From Daphnia carinata (Eukaryota), in assembly GCF_022539665.2 (NCBI RefSeq), contig NC_081332.1, forward strand, positions 558,001 to 622,000: a stretch of DNA of 64,000 bases, given 5' to 3'. Each line of letters begins with the position of its first letter. The first letter of the stretch is position 1. Below the pieces are notes generated by a model. It ran no database searches, had not been told where the DNA came from, and saw nothing but the letters and a program-made list of their open reading frames with translations. A program made the translations under genes and the position numbers. Below, piece by piece: positions 27,101-40,243 of the stretch.

Positions 27101-30100
27101 GGCCGACTTTCAAAATGTTCCGTGTAACATTAAACTTCTCGTATGAACTTACGAAGCCTACGACTTGCAGTGGCAAACTAAAATCAGTGAAGTGAAGTAG
27201 AATAACAAGAGTGATGTTCACTTGAACATATAACTTGTTTTTCGAAGGCAATGCATTCGTTATATAAAGTTCAATCATCGAGGTTAAATGCTTCACGGCA
27301 AAAATGAAATAGGCGGTACAGTCTATAAGTTAGTCACTAACTACAAAATAAAACTATAGTAAATAGAAACCGGCTAGTTGGCTAGCTATGCTGTGATGAA
27401 CAATGCATCAAAGACAAAAGCCTGCCCTGACGCCCCGTCAACCGCCATCCGTCCTCTGGTATTTGGTTCGGTTTTAGTTTTACCCTTTTTAGTTGTCTAC
27501 CGTAACACATATGGTGGATTCCGCCCATCGTCCGGTTAACATGTTTGGCCATTGCTTCTGTTTGCCGATTTTTGTCACTGGTGGCATTCGACACGAAAGA
27601 ATTTGACACGGCGAATGAGAAATCTCAAAGGAAATGCGTAGGGTCAACGGAAATGCGAGTGTGTTATTCGACATATTTTATACTCAATTTTTTTTATTTT
27701 ACTTTATTTGTCGATATAAAACTCCTCTTCACTATGGCTCTGCCGTGGTCAGTCAGAAAAGGGTTTTCGTGAGTCCTGCCTCGCATTCTTACGATGTCGT
27801 CTTATACTTTGCTGTTACATATAAATGCTGTATCCATATCATTTTTCTTCCTATTCTTTGTGTTGCCCCCACCCCACTATTCCTGAATAACACGTAAAAA
27901 GGCTCGAAAATAGGGGGATTTTTTTCCTGTCTGCTGTTGGCTGGTGAGTTGAAATTAAAAGTAAGTTCAGTCGCATAAGGAGATGAAAGTTTTTGGGCTT
28001 TTATTTTTTCGCCTCTTGGCCTCAACTCTGTTTCTCCTTCACTTTTGTCTAGGACTCTAAAAGACAGAGAGAGAAAGAGAGAAAGAAAAAATCATCGCTT
28101 GTAGATTCCCGCTTCTTCTTCGAGCTGTTTTCCAAGGTGGAGAGCAACGGGTGGTCTTAGCTGGCCGTGGCCACTTTGCCAGTCGCAGTCGGCGGTCTTA
28201 TACGAGTCCTGTACGAACCGTCGGTACACAACAGAACCCGGGCTCGGCTCTCCCCGGTCAATGTTTGACCCCTCTCCGTGGCCCCGTCAGCAGCAGCCAA
28301 CCGCCGACCAAGCCAGACTCATGATGTACAGTCTTACCCGCCAAAGAATACCAACTTTGACCTTCTTCTTCTTTTTCTTCTTCTTCTTCTTTTTTTCTTT
28401 TGTTTTCTGTTTTTTCCCCTTGATTTCTTTTTGTCTTTTTTTCTCCCCTTGTTCTTCTTCGAGAAGAAAGTTATCATCAGCATAGTTTCTCCTCTACAGC
28501 CAAGAAAACTTATCATCAAAACAAGCGAATCGTTTTGAATCCTGTCGTTCATCATCGTCGACAATTCATGTATATATGGTAGGAGCTTTTTTTTAAAGAA
28601 AAAAAAACCCCAAAATATACAAGTTCCCACACAGGGGGTTGCGGGAGCAAGGACGTCTAGTGAGCATTCGGAGAAAACTCGACACCTTCAGATGGTGCAT
28701 CTCAACTTGAAAACTGCCTCCCATTGACACGCTATCCATCTTTTTCTGTTTTGCCCCAAACGCTATATTCATAAGTGTAACTGGTTATCCGTTTTTTCTT
28801 TCCTGTTTTTATAGAGAAAGCGAATCGGTCCTGAAATAAATCAGCAGCGATTTCTCTCATTGTCGACATCACTGTGTAGTGTTCTGTATCGATACAACGT
28901 TGCGTCATAGCTATATAACGGACGGCCGTACAAAGTCACACAAGCGTTTCATTGATTTTACTTCTGCGAGATGATTGCCGGTGGCTTTCGCTGGGAAAGC
29001 TAGCTCTATTTTAATTATTTAAAGTTTTATTGCTGATTTAACTAAAGTATAGAATTACACGCTACATAATTACGTTCAAGAAGAACCATCGACTAGTCAT
29101 AACAATGGTTAAGAAAATATAGCTGAATCTAGACTGCATTTCGTCACATCAGGCTTGTCTCCTATTGAGTTGGATAGAATTTGTAAGACTGAGACACGGC
29201 TCTTGTTTGCACCAAGAAGTGAAAGGTGACACAAGCTTTAAACTGTTCTTCAAAATCTTCAAAAGGTGTACAGCCTATTGAAAAGTTCTAGATCGCACAG
29301 GTCGATAAAGGTGAAAGAAACACGGCCAATAAAAGATAATGCCAATGAAAAGGAAAACAAGGGAAAAATGTTAGATGCTATAGAGTATTCGATAACATAA
29401 AAGCAGACTCACTGTCGGCACGTGAAGCCTTTAAAATAGTAACAAACAAGATCCGCCCAACCGCTGGCCTCACTGCAACGGTACCATTACTCGGCATCTT
29501 TCAAACACGGCCCCTTTGGTTTTCGTTATTATTCATCGTCACAATACGCACTTTCTTTTTTTTCTTCGCCTGTTCCCATTCACTTCTAGCATCACAATAT
29601 ACGTTAAGTATGTAAACTATGCCTCGAGAAATAGCGCTGCATAGCTACTTTCGATTTTTCGAGACAGACGACAAAGTTCTCTTTCCTAATGTTGACGTGT
29701 CTAGAAGTGGTCCTTGTTTGATGGGATAGGTAGCACTTGAGGGATGTGTTTAAACATATGCATCTACATATTGTTTTGCTTTAAGGTTTTTTAGCTGTTT
29801 AAATGATTGATCCCGTGAGTTTCAATGTTTATACATATTCGCTAACTTCGTTGCAGTTTGGAAACCACAACATAGGTAGCACGTCAAAATTGAGAAGAAA
29901 AGCTAATATCTATCCTTAAACGAATCACTTTGCTCTCAATCGTGGTAGCCATAAATGGGAGATGCTAACTGTGAAAAATATTCGAATGTGAAGAGGACCA
30001 GAAACCCAATGTGTTCGACTATTATGAAATAGTTTTCCACGCTTTGCCGTGATAACTTGGCACAAGCCATTTTTTTCGTAATATGAATTTTAAACAAAAT

Positions 30101-33100
30101 ATCACAAGAATGAATTTCAGTAAAAAAAAAAGGGAAGATTAAAAAAAATATCAAAGAAAAATAAGAAAATACAAGATAAAAGAAGGAAGAAGAAAAAGAA
30201 AAGGAAAGAAGAGGGCCAGAAGTATGTTGCAGCTTCAGCATTAGAGGGCTTCCCGAAAAGCGCAGCGGGTCGCCTTTGTAATGGGCAGACTTTTTGCTAT
30301 GTAACATATATATGCTCTGATGGTGGATAGAATAACCTTTGTTGCGTTAAACCTTCTTCACCATGATGCTTGGGCATTTTTTTTTTCAAATATAAAAATA
30401 ATTCCGTTTACGCAACCTACAGGACAACGTAAGTTTATTGTGTGTTTATGAAAGAATCCCGAACTAATTGAGGTAGACTTATTCATATTAAGCCGCGCCC
30501 AAATGTGAAATACTGTATTTGTATAATGATGTTAAATTTATGTGTAGAGTTTCTAGCTCATTCGATCTCGGGCTACGCTCGCTAAAGCTTTGGTGGCAGT
30601 GCTTTTCCCCTTTTATTTGGCACGAAGGAAAAGTCGGTTAAACATTTAGATAATTATTAAAATAGTGCTCTTAAGTTTCTGTATGGTAATCTTTGTTGTA
30701 AATACTAGCGAAAAAACTTGTTTTCTCGTTAAAGACGCCACAGGGAAAGAAACGAAATAAGAGGAGTAAGAAAACAAAAAAACACAAAAAAAAAACAAAT
30801 CAAAAGTCAAACCAAGGAGAACGTAGAAAACCACTTCTTCAAAAAGGAACATGAAAGCTTTGCTCAAGTTCGGTAAACTATACAGAAGCAGGTGTTGCAA
30901 ACGAACTACAGAGCCCTGAACGCAATTAAAGTTAAACCCGTCATTTCTTTTCCGAACGAGGGGAAGGGAGGGAACTCACTAGATGGCGTGCAATCGTGTG
31001 AATAATAGCAGCTTGTCAACAGCAGAAAAGGTTCAAAATAGGGAATTAGAATCGATCTTACCGGAGATAAACAGAATTATAGGGTGAGACTAAAATAAAA
31101 AGGGCTTGCTCTCTGCCTTTTAGCCACTTTGCTTCTTCGTCCTCTCGCTTTCCGAGCCGCTGACTCTATATGCGACGTATAACCACAAATCGCCACAAAT
31201 GTACCGAATAATGAACGTACATTTTGGCTCACAAGATATCTAGTCGACATCACTCAAGGTCGATGCATAGCAAACAAATAGACCACTTGTGTCAATCGAC
31301 ATACAGGGGAAACGAAAGTGCCAGGTCTACCAGCAGTCGGAGCCATGTATTTGGAAACTGACTCACTCGCTGCATGCAGCCAAAAACTAGACCAATTCAA
31401 CAGTATAGCTCGTCAATGGGCAAATATACGTAGCACAAGCTCCAGGATTAAATCAATGAAGGGTCGCCCAAAACAAATTTGTTTCTTTTTAATTAGGTTA
31501 GCTTAATTTATTTAGTTCCTTACCGGGGGCAGATTTTCCGCGAATGAAGTCCTCCTTGCAGAGGAATCGAGCATCGTCAAGAAGATAAAGTTCCTCTCCG
31601 GTAGATAGCTGTCGCCGACATAGAGCGCACGTGAAGCACCGTAGGTGGTAAACTTTATCGCGGGCCTTTCGCACCAAATCCGTCGGTGACAGTCCCTGGC
31701 CGCAACCACCACATTTTGTACCGTATCTCCTAAGAATTTACAAACACAACAGGTAAGTTTTCGCACCGCAATTGCTTATAACCACATCAATTACATCTCC
31801 AAAATAACACAAAAACTAAGTAAAGAAAACCACGGCGTGATATTTTATAGCTGGGTGATGTACTTTGTTGCATCGTGTCTTTTCCGCGTCGTCGGTTAGG
31901 ACAATTTTTTTAATGCGCCCTTTAATTGGTTTCTCCAAAACGAAATTCTTATTTGAACGTGCAAATGTATAACACCTATGTTGGTTACTAATAAAAGATT
32001 CAAAATGAAATCATATTTCGTGTTCCAGCATCCTTGTAGTTCACCTTCTTCCGAATACTTGCAGGCCTAAAAAGAGCCTATTTATGAATTATTCCCGGCA
32101 TACAGTTTAGAAAGCGAAAAAAGAATAGCTAGTTGACACAGCTTAATGATTTTGTTGACTATTGCAATCACTGAGAATCAGAGATATGTGACCACAGGAG
32201 GCACAGCTGATAATTGACTTTTACAATAACAGAGCTGTAATTTCTGAACGCCTTTTGTTTGCATTCCCCATACATTCGCGAAAACAGCAATCCATTCATC
32301 AACAAAAGGAAGATATATGCGAGTGCAAGACTAGCAACCATGTCAGAGGAAAAGGTCATTTAACGTGGCGATTAATGAGACGTGACGTTCCAGGACCTAG
32401 TGGTCGGATCTCATTACGCATCTCGCCATGGGGATACAAAGTAAGAGGAGTCAAGTTACACGGCCAACTTGCTTGTTTCTCTCAGTCTTCTTATATGGTA
32501 TTTGTCCATAGAAAATGCTAGCCGGGTGGGTGACAATCGGGCATTTCGGTCGTAAGTTATGAATTTATTTATTCTCATTGGTCTTTATCTCGTACTCCTC
32601 TCCACCCCTCCCCCCCCCAGGTTAAAATATTTTCTTCAGATCCCAATCTCCCCTTTCGCAATATTATTTTTAACTAGTGACATTTATCTGTTTGCGAGCA
32701 ATGTGTTCTAGATAAAATTTTACAGTTGACGGACGCAATTGCTTTGCGTGTAATAATCTGTTCTTCGTGTCACGGTAACTCTATAGTTGAAACTTATTTC
32801 GTAAGAAAACGCTTAAGCTCTTGTTTAAATCAAATAGTTCTTTTTTAGGGAAAATCGGCGGGAAAAGTTTTAAAAGTATACCCTGTGGAAAAACTTGAGC
32901 ATAGGCTAACTATTTATGCCATTTAATATAGCGGTGAACGGCCATCGCTAGAGCATACCTGAAGAAGTCGGTCCTGCAATAGAGTTTTCCGTCTCTGGAG
33001 AAGCAGCGCTCGGCAAGAATATTACGACAATCAGCACATCGAACACACTCGGCGTGCCACGTACGATCTAAAACAGTTAGAAGAAACTTGTCCAAAATGG

Positions 33101-33131
33101 CTCGATCACAGCCGGCACACGTCATGATCAT
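18113..33131 (-). CDS. Lim1: LIM-homeobox transcription factor Lim1 (Lhx1/5 class), 7 coding exons: join(33131-32959, 31729-31524, 23353-23060, 22838-22612, 22177-21766, 18458-18333, 18165-18113); 1491 nt = 496 aa + stop
   Basis: Two LIM domains ([31 protein letters not shown]...; [33 protein letters not shown]...). Homeodomain [63 protein letters not shown], characteristic of Lhx1/5. C-terminal MNEGLVW* resembles the Lhx1 tail. All six introns are GT-AG and phase-compatible (2,1,1,0,1,1). Confidence 0.95.
18333..18458 (-). CDS. Lim1: Lim1 exon 6
   Basis: Acceptor [50 protein letters not shown], donor G|GTAATT; phase matches exon 5. Confidence 0.85.
21766..22177 (-). CDS. Lim1: Lim1 exon 5 (helix 3 WFQN and Pro/Gly/His-rich region)
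   Basis: Acceptor [43 protein letters not shown]...PFGGGP, donor G|GTAAGT. Confidence 0.95.
22612..22838 (-). CDS. Lim1: Lim1 exon 4 (homeodomain helices 1-2 and start of helix 3)
   Basis: Acceptor [18 protein letters not shown]...[47 protein letters not shown], donor CAG|GTCAGT. Confidence 0.95.
23060..23353 (-). CDS. Lim1: Lim1 exon 3 (low-complexity acidic/Ser/Pro linker)
   Basis: Acceptor ATACAG|AG, 294 nt, phase 1/1, [17 protein letters not shown]...DDKDGNDSE, donor G|GTACGC. The 5' boundary is the least certain of the gene. Confidence 0.75.
31524..31729 (-). CDS. Lim1: Lim1 exon 2 (LIM domain 2)
   Basis: Acceptor TTCTTAG|G. Reads [68 protein letters not shown]; donor G|GTAAGG. The ORF track shows this region only in another frame. 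Confidence 0.93.
32959..33131 (-). CDS. Lim1: Lim1 exon 1 (LIM domain 1)
   Basis: AAAATG start, [58 protein letters not shown], donor AG|GTATGC. A second in-frame ATG lies at 33125. Confidence 0.93.
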
Positions 33132-35113
33132 TTTCGAATGTTTTCGGATTTTCCTGCCTACACCAATAATAGCGGGAGTATAATCACGCGATATTTGCTG
33201 CACGGTTGAAATTTTCTGATGGTCTCAAAAGCTCGTGGCACCACCAATTCCGAAAATTCGGCAAAATTTTTCGCCCTGCCCCTTCTGCACTGTTACACTT
33301 CTTTTATTTTTTCAGTCTCTCACAAAGTTTTATTTTCAAACAAAAGCAGCGGGCACTAGCAGAAGTAGCAATACTAACGAAACCGAGCGCAAGTATTGTC
33401 TAACCGCATGCACTGGTCGAGACCGTTGTCGATTGACTACAGTCTACCACCGTACAGTGTTGCTACCCTTGATACTCTTCGACATAAGCGCCGCCTTCTT
33501 TCCATTTTGGGCACGCCTCTCCTTGGTTGAAACGAAGAGATATACACAGCGATGGTCGAAGAGTAGGCGGAGCTGTGGTCATTCTTCGTCAAAGACAACC
33601 ATTCAGGCGAACGAAAGAATATCATTGGTTAACAACTAGGGAAGGCGTAGGCGTCATACTTCTTCCTTCCAAGTCGTTCTGCGTAACGGTGTCTTACCCC
33701 CACGAGCCGTATCCCCCTGGCGTTGATTTACAAGAAAATTTTTTTTTCACACCATCAGCTCTGAGTTATTTTTTTTCCGTATAGTCTACAATGCTTTGAT
33801 TGTATGAAAAAAAAAAAGAAACATTGGCAGTGCTTCCAAACGCACATCAAACGCAGCTCAGTAATCTTTGCTTTCGTGAAGAATTTTATGCAATTATCCC
33901 TCGCGTGGTATATCGCATGCTTAGCCAAAATTCATTTCAATTCATATAGTAGACTATAAGATCTGTTGAAATCAACATCGAAAATGAACACAATCATAAG
34001 AAACAGAATGAGCAAAGAAAAAAATAGAAATGGCTACAGCCCAACAAAACTTAACAAATAAACAAAGAGCCACGAAAAAAGCGAAAAGGATTTTAGTCAC
34101 CCTGCATGTTTCTTAGTCTGGCGTTAGAATATCATTCAGCAACCTAATGGTAGCGAGATTCGCAGGAGGCATTATTGTGTTGGCAAATGAATTTATTTTT
34201 TATTTATTTATTTTTACATTTCATAGGTCTGTAGGTTGATTCTATGAAGTATAATTGACGTAAGAACAAATAGTACTCGTTGTCAATTTTAAGAAAACTT
34301 TATGTTGCTGTAATAAAACTATACCGTCAGTCAAAGAAATATATGTCATGTATTTGAAACATTTATGCCGCGCCGAATTCAGCGCTAATGCTAGTCTGTT
34401 CTAAGTCGATAATTGAAAAACTATTGCAATCTAATAAATAAGCTTTTTCGGCTACGGTAATACATTCATGTAGACTATAGCCTATCCTCAACTGCATTAG
34501 ATGAAAGCATATATTTTACATGATTTATAACTGACCGTTGCTGCTGTAAAAATATTCGTAAAATTCATATATATGTCGCTTTCCCTACACAAGTTGATTC
34601 AAATTTCAGCTAAAATGGAGATAAGTTACTAGAAACTCTAACAGGAAATAACGATAGCTGAGATGGTTAACATTTCACATTTTATTTACTATTCATTTAG
34701 TAATCTACATAACGTACTGCATAAAAGAGAAAAGCTTACCAAATAATTTGAAGTAACTTATAACGTATTGTAATAATGGACAAAGAGTAACGGCTGGTAC
34801 TTGATGAGTTGAGAATCTCAAATGACTTTCTTCCACGTGCCTTTTACTAAGCTTTTCCAAACGATTAAAATTTTTAATGACACATTTTTTTAGCTTTAAA
34901 TCCTTTTTTGTTATAACCATACAGCAAGGATATTTGAAATAAGAAAAATCAGAAATCCGAACCACCAACTTTTAATGCATTCGTGTTGTTAAAATAGTTT
35001 TAGATAAAGATTCAGTAAAAAATAACAATAAAAAAAGTAACTCAGAACCCGAAAAAATATTTCGTTAAGTAAAATATTCCGCAAAAAAATAGTTTTTCTT
35101 ACTGCAGTCACCG

Positions 35114-35855
35114 CCATCTACCGGTCAGACTCGTAGTTAATCCCCTAATGATGTATGATAAGTTTACATATTCTAGTCCTATAAAAATAAATTTTTTTAA
35201 ACTGATCACTTTACTTAATTAATACATAAATAAACCTTTTAAAATTTTGTTTTAATCTATTTTTTCACGACTCTGCAAGTATACTGGTAAACTTCAAAAA
35301 GTCCATTTTGTACTGCAGCAATATGCTTCCCTATAGGGATATACTTTCAACGTTTTCAAAAATAGATAGAATAGAACAAAAAAGAAAAAGTTTCAATTAT
35401 ATTTTAGCTAAGCATAATTATCAGTTTCAAATGGGTCTATTTTTGAAGGCTAATAATTCTCTTTTGAAAGTATATACCACCATATACCATATATCACTAT
35501 ATGGAAGACTATGTGGAAGTACATGCAAATCTGAATTAAAATTTAATGAACGGAAAGAAAATAATACACCATAAAAACCAGTAACGAGTTTACATTTCCA
35601 AACATATTATTTATACCTTAAACAAGCAATCATTCTCATTGTCATTTTTCAGTAAATTTTGTACTGCAGCATATTTGCGGAAGTTTATAAGTATACTTGC
35701 AGAATCTTAAAAATTAGAATAGAACAAAATAAATAAGGTTTAATTACTGTATATGTTAATTAAATAAAGTTATAAGTTAAAAACATTTGATTTTATATAC
35801 TAGAATATATGAACTTGTCATTAGAGGATGAGCTACGAATCTGACCGGTAGATGG
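35114..35855. mobile_element. Degenerate non-autonomous TIR/foldback element (~190-bp imperfect inverted arms)
   Basis: CCATCTACCGGTCAGACTCGTAG...CATATTCTAGT...CTGCAAGTATAC (35114-~35295) is the reverse complement of GTATACTTGCAG...ACTAGAATATATG...CTACGAATCTGACCGGTAGATGG (~35680-35855). No TSD recognised. Confidence 0.6.
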
Positions 35856-36049
35856 GTAATAAAAAAAAAGAAAGGTCGGTTTTTTGGGGATAAAACGGAT
35901 TGCCATATTTTATGGCAATCCGTTGGGACATAGTCTTTTGGGCTAGTTACCAAAAGGACTCCAGGTTCCCGCCAATTAGACTTTTGTCCCCCAACACTTG
36001 GAAGAACTGTTTGCGACAACAGGGCATCTGTCTAGCGACATTTGGACTA

Positions 36050-36996
36050 GGGGAGACCGGGGCTAATCGGGACGCGTTTTTTTTGTCGAATAACTTTCGA
36101 CTAGTGAGAGGTAAACATAACTTTTCTCTTCCATTAAAACCGCATTGTCCTTATCTATACACAGTTTTTTTTTAAATCAAATCTTTTTTTTAGTGGTTAA
36201 AAAAAAATACTGAAATTTACTTAAAATCCGTTGGCTCACTCGATGACCGGGGTTACTTGGGACGGACATTGGGTAACTCAGGACAAAGCTAATATCGTGC
36301 TACTAGTTCATCCAAAAATTTTGTAAAAAAATTTTTCAAGTAAGCTGTCTTCTTACAAACCAGCCAGTATATAGTTTGGCATAGTTTGCTAAATCAATCA
36401 GCGAGAATTTTGTAAAATTGCTGTAGACTAAAAAATTGACAAGATGAAACGACAAAAAGTGAGGTCAGCATTAAAAAAACCTTTTAATACTGGAATAGGA
36501 ATGATGAAAATACAAAATATAAAATTACAGCTGAGTTCTAATATTATTTGGACAAAATTAACATGGTGACAAGAAGGGAATTCACATATCTGGCCACAGA
36601 ATAGCTCTATCCCATCCCATTTTACCCCAGAATTTGTTGTCCCAATCTGCTCCATGGGTGGTGTCTTTGAAAATGTGTGATTTCCAGCAAACCGCTTCAA
36701 AATTTTTTAAATGTGTGAAAATGAACAGTGGATTTCACTATATTTTTTTGCAAAATTATACATCAAATGACGTAGCCGTAAATAAATATTTTATTAGAAC
36801 ACAACATAATTTTACGATCCCTTAAAAATTTTGCCGTATCTCAACAACGGATGCCACCTCTACCACAAAAACTCATCCCAAATGCGCATGCAGTTAACAA
36901 ACATGATGTGTAAATTTCATAATTTTATAATTAAGCGTTTTTGTAAAACATAGATTGTCCCCATTAACCCGTGTGTCGATTAGCCCCGGTCTCCCC
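36050..36996. mobile_element. Non-autonomous DNA transposon (MITE-like) with TA TSD, GGGGAGACCGG-ended family A
   Basis: TA|GGGGAGACCGGGGCTAATCG ... CGATTAGCCCCGGTCTCCCC|TA (20-bp perfect TIR); no coding capacity recognised. Confidence 0.88.
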
Positions 36997-37450
36997 TACT
37001 ATCAGCGACGTTTGGCCGGACAACGAAATGTTGCTGAAACAAGCAAGCCCATTACTAGGCGACAAGTGGACTCCCATGCAAGTGACGTTTAGACTTTTTT
37101 TTTACAGAATGAATAGGTATTCAAAATTTAATGTGATTATTGTTAGATACTTTTTCTCGGGTTTATGGGTAACAAACTTATATATTGTTATTGTAGAGGA
37201 AGAGCATAATTGAAACTATATGGTTTAAAGTCACTTGCAACTAAATCTATTATTTACTAGTTAGACATAGCCTTTGGTTATTAAACATTTAATAATATTA
37301 TATATGGATTGTTATATACTTTTTAAAAATTTACTTAGTAGAAAGGATAGCACGTAAGATCGTCTTAACATTCAAATTTAAATTTATATTCAACAAACTA
37401 ATAAAATAAACAACTACAATCAGTAACGAGTTAATATTATTTATACACAT

Positions 37451-37821
37451 TGTCACACTCGATTTGGTACCATAGCCTCTAACTTATTGATGGGTTTCAC
37501 TAAAAGTGAGGATAATTGCTCTGATGACTCCTTCGACACAAGAGTCAATCAGCAGCAATGAGTCTCCACTGTTGGTGATTTCTCTCTAGGTTATATTGTC
37601 ACAAAACAGTGCTCACACCCGACTACATTCACGGCAAGGACTACACTACTCTACTAGGGAGAAGAACACATATATGCTACGTCGATCATTGTCCCTAGAG
37701 GTAGTATTACTCTGGGGTAAAGGCAAGGTTAAAGATAAGAATGAAGGGCAAGCTAGGTTAAATACTAACAATTAATCAGCTAGGGTTAGCTATTACACCA
37801 ATATCAAAAGGCGGTGTTACA
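37451..37821 (-). repeat. 3' LTR of gypsy element A
   Basis: TGTCAC...GTGTTACA ends, adjacent to the PPT; 37645-37755 is repeated at 40133-40243. Confidence 0.8.
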
Positions 37822-38006
37822 TTTAGCCTCCCCTTAGAAAAGATGGACCCGATCTTTTTACAAAACACGACAAAGAAAAGAGAGAATAAAATAAAAAAAA
37901 AAAGTGCACCCATAGAAATTGAACAACCAATACAAAATAACAATTCACTTGAATACAGCGACGAATACATGGGATACAGGTAATCATTATACGCATAAAC
38001 GCATAT

Positions 38007-40130
38007 TCAACTACGATGAGGATTCCTGGGGCGGAGAGAATAGCCGCCTATTTCTTGAGAGTGTGTTTGAGGATTGTTTTTTACTGGTGTTTTATGAGAC
38101 ATCTGAGGACGAACACAAGATCGAGCCGATTTTCCTCTAATCGCTCGACCCTGCTCCCTTAAACGGGACGTCGTCTTCACACAGAGTTTTCGTCGGGTAG
38201 TCCCTGCGCCAGAAGGGACCTCCCGCGATACTTGGAGCTGGCACTCCTCACGCGGCACAGTACGAACAACTCTTGTCTCTATACTAGTTGAAGTAGTATT
38301 TCTTTTGACAAAACTCTTCAGTTTCGAGACATTTACACAATCTTTTTCTTCTTGGAACCATACAAGGGTTTCACAACATAATTCAGGGAATTAAGTCGCG
38401 CCACTATCTTATAGGGACCGTGGTAGTGGAAGAGTAGCTTTTCTGATCGTCCCTTTTTTTGAATAGGACGATGTACAAGGACGACATCCCCAACTTGGTA
38501 GGTTTATTCTTTACGGTGCTTGTCGTAATTCCGTTTGTGACGGGCCTGAGCCACGAACATGCATCGCTTTGCAATTTCGTGGATATTATTGAAACGGGAT
38601 GCAATGGTTTGAACATTAGAGTTGACAACGTTTGTGGCTAGGAGATTGGGATTGCTACCTAAAACTACATCAATTGGAAGAATAGCTTCTCGGCCGTACA
38701 GAAGAAAAAATGGAGTCATTCCCGTAGAATCATGGCGACTAGTGTTATAAGCAAACGCAACAAAGTCAACATACTCATCCCAATCAGTATGATAGGTATT
38801 CACATACATCGACAACATTTGCGCGAAAGTGTGGTTAAAGCGTTCCACTTGTCCATTACACTGGGGATGGTATGATGTGGTGGACAAGTGGTTAGTTTCA
38901 AAAGCTTTATGGAGCTTCTCAGTAAAATCGGCTTTGAAACATTTTCCTCTATCAGAAATTAAAAAAGAGGGTGCTCCATGTTGAAGGACGATTCTTTTTA
39001 CAAAGAAATCAACAAGTTCGTCAGTCGTTGCCCGGGGAACCGCCTTTACTATTACCCATTTGGTAAAGTAGTCCACGGCTACAATAATTTGTTTTTTTTT
39101 TAAATTGACTGTGGGAAAGAGCCAATCAAATCAATACCAATACGCTCAAAAGGTCTTTGCGATTGGATAGATGTCAACAATCCTAGTGGTCGTTCAACAG
39201 GCCTTTTCTTCATTTGGCAGTCAACACATGATTGGACATAGCGAATAATCTGTCGCTGCATGCCAGGCCAAAAATAACGAAATCTAATTTTCTCTAACGT
39301 TCGTTTCACCCCTAAATGTCCCGCTGTAGTGTCGTTATGACAGTCTAAAAGCACTTCGGTTACCAAGGAGGGAGGTATGCACAGACAAAGGTAATCTTGG
39401 CCGTCTCATATTAATCGATGGAAAAGGACACCGTCTTTTAATTCGAAGTTATGAATAAGTTTTCTCAGACGTCGGGAGGTTTTTTTTTCACTTAGGCCGG
39501 ATCGAATGGAACCCCACTAAGTCGATTCCTTCTGAGCCTGAGCCAAATCAATAGTCAAAACGGACGGAAGGAAAAGCATGGGGATATTCTGTTCAGGTTC
39601 AGGAGCTTCAATGGGATAACGCGATAGGGCATCTGCATCATGATGAAGTTTGCCACTACGGTGTACAATTTCTAAATCCAAGTCTTGCAATTGAAGACTC
39701 CAGCGGGCTAAACGACCCGCTAAGTTCTTCTTTTTCAAAAGCCAACAAAGGGCATGGTGGTCGGTAAGCACTCGAATTTTATTCCCCATATGTAAATTCT
39801 GAATTTCTCCGCCGCCCATACAAGAGCCAAACACTCTTTCTCGGAAATGGAATAATTTAACTCGGCTGAGCTCAACGAGCGACTAACGTAAGAAATAACC
39901 CTTTCTCTCCCTTCCTGGTGCTGGACCAAAATAGCTCCAATACCGTAACCACAGGCATCAGTATGAATCTCAAATGGTAGGGCGTAGTTGGGGTGGGCAA
40001 GGACAGGGGGTGTTAGAAGTTTTTCTTTTAATGCCTCAAAACTACATCATTGTTCTTCACCCCATAGGAACGGTTGTTTATGTTTAGTCAAATTGGTCAA
40101 GGGGCGAGCCAGAGTAGCAAATCCTTTAAT
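38007..40130 (-). pseudogene. Gypsy pol pseudogene (RT C-terminus, RNase H-like domain, integrase zinc finger, DDE core, GPY motif)
   Basis: [23 protein letters not shown]...[19 protein letters not shown]...CVDC, DYFTKW...SDRG...YHPQCNGQVERFN, HGPYKI; several frameshifts and stops. Confidence 0.92.
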
Positions 40131-40132
40131 AA

Positions 40133-40243
40133 ACTACTCTACTAGGGAGAAGAACACATATATGCTACGTCGATCATTGTCCCTAGAGGTAGTCTTACTA
40201 TGGGGTAAAGGCAAGGTTAAAGATAAGAATGAAGGGCAAGCTA
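40133..40243 (-). repeat. Fragment of the 5' LTR of gypsy element A
   Basis: 111-bp near-identical direct copy of 37645-37755. Confidence 0.85.

Larger units (their letters stand above)
37451..40243 (-). mobile_element. Truncated Ty3/gypsy LTR retrotransposon (element A)
   Basis: Minus-strand pol relics in RNaseH-integrase order, a purine tract AAGGGAGGCTAAA before a TG...CA LTR (37451-37821), and a second LTR fragment at 40133-40243. Confidence 0.88.

Noticed and set aside
32910..33203. Longer N-terminus for Lim1 from the ORF track (MQQISRDY...)
   Set aside because: Starts at a non-ATG codon; the first ATG in good context is at 33131, immediately before LIM1, as expected for Lhx1/5. An upstream exon cannot be excluded.
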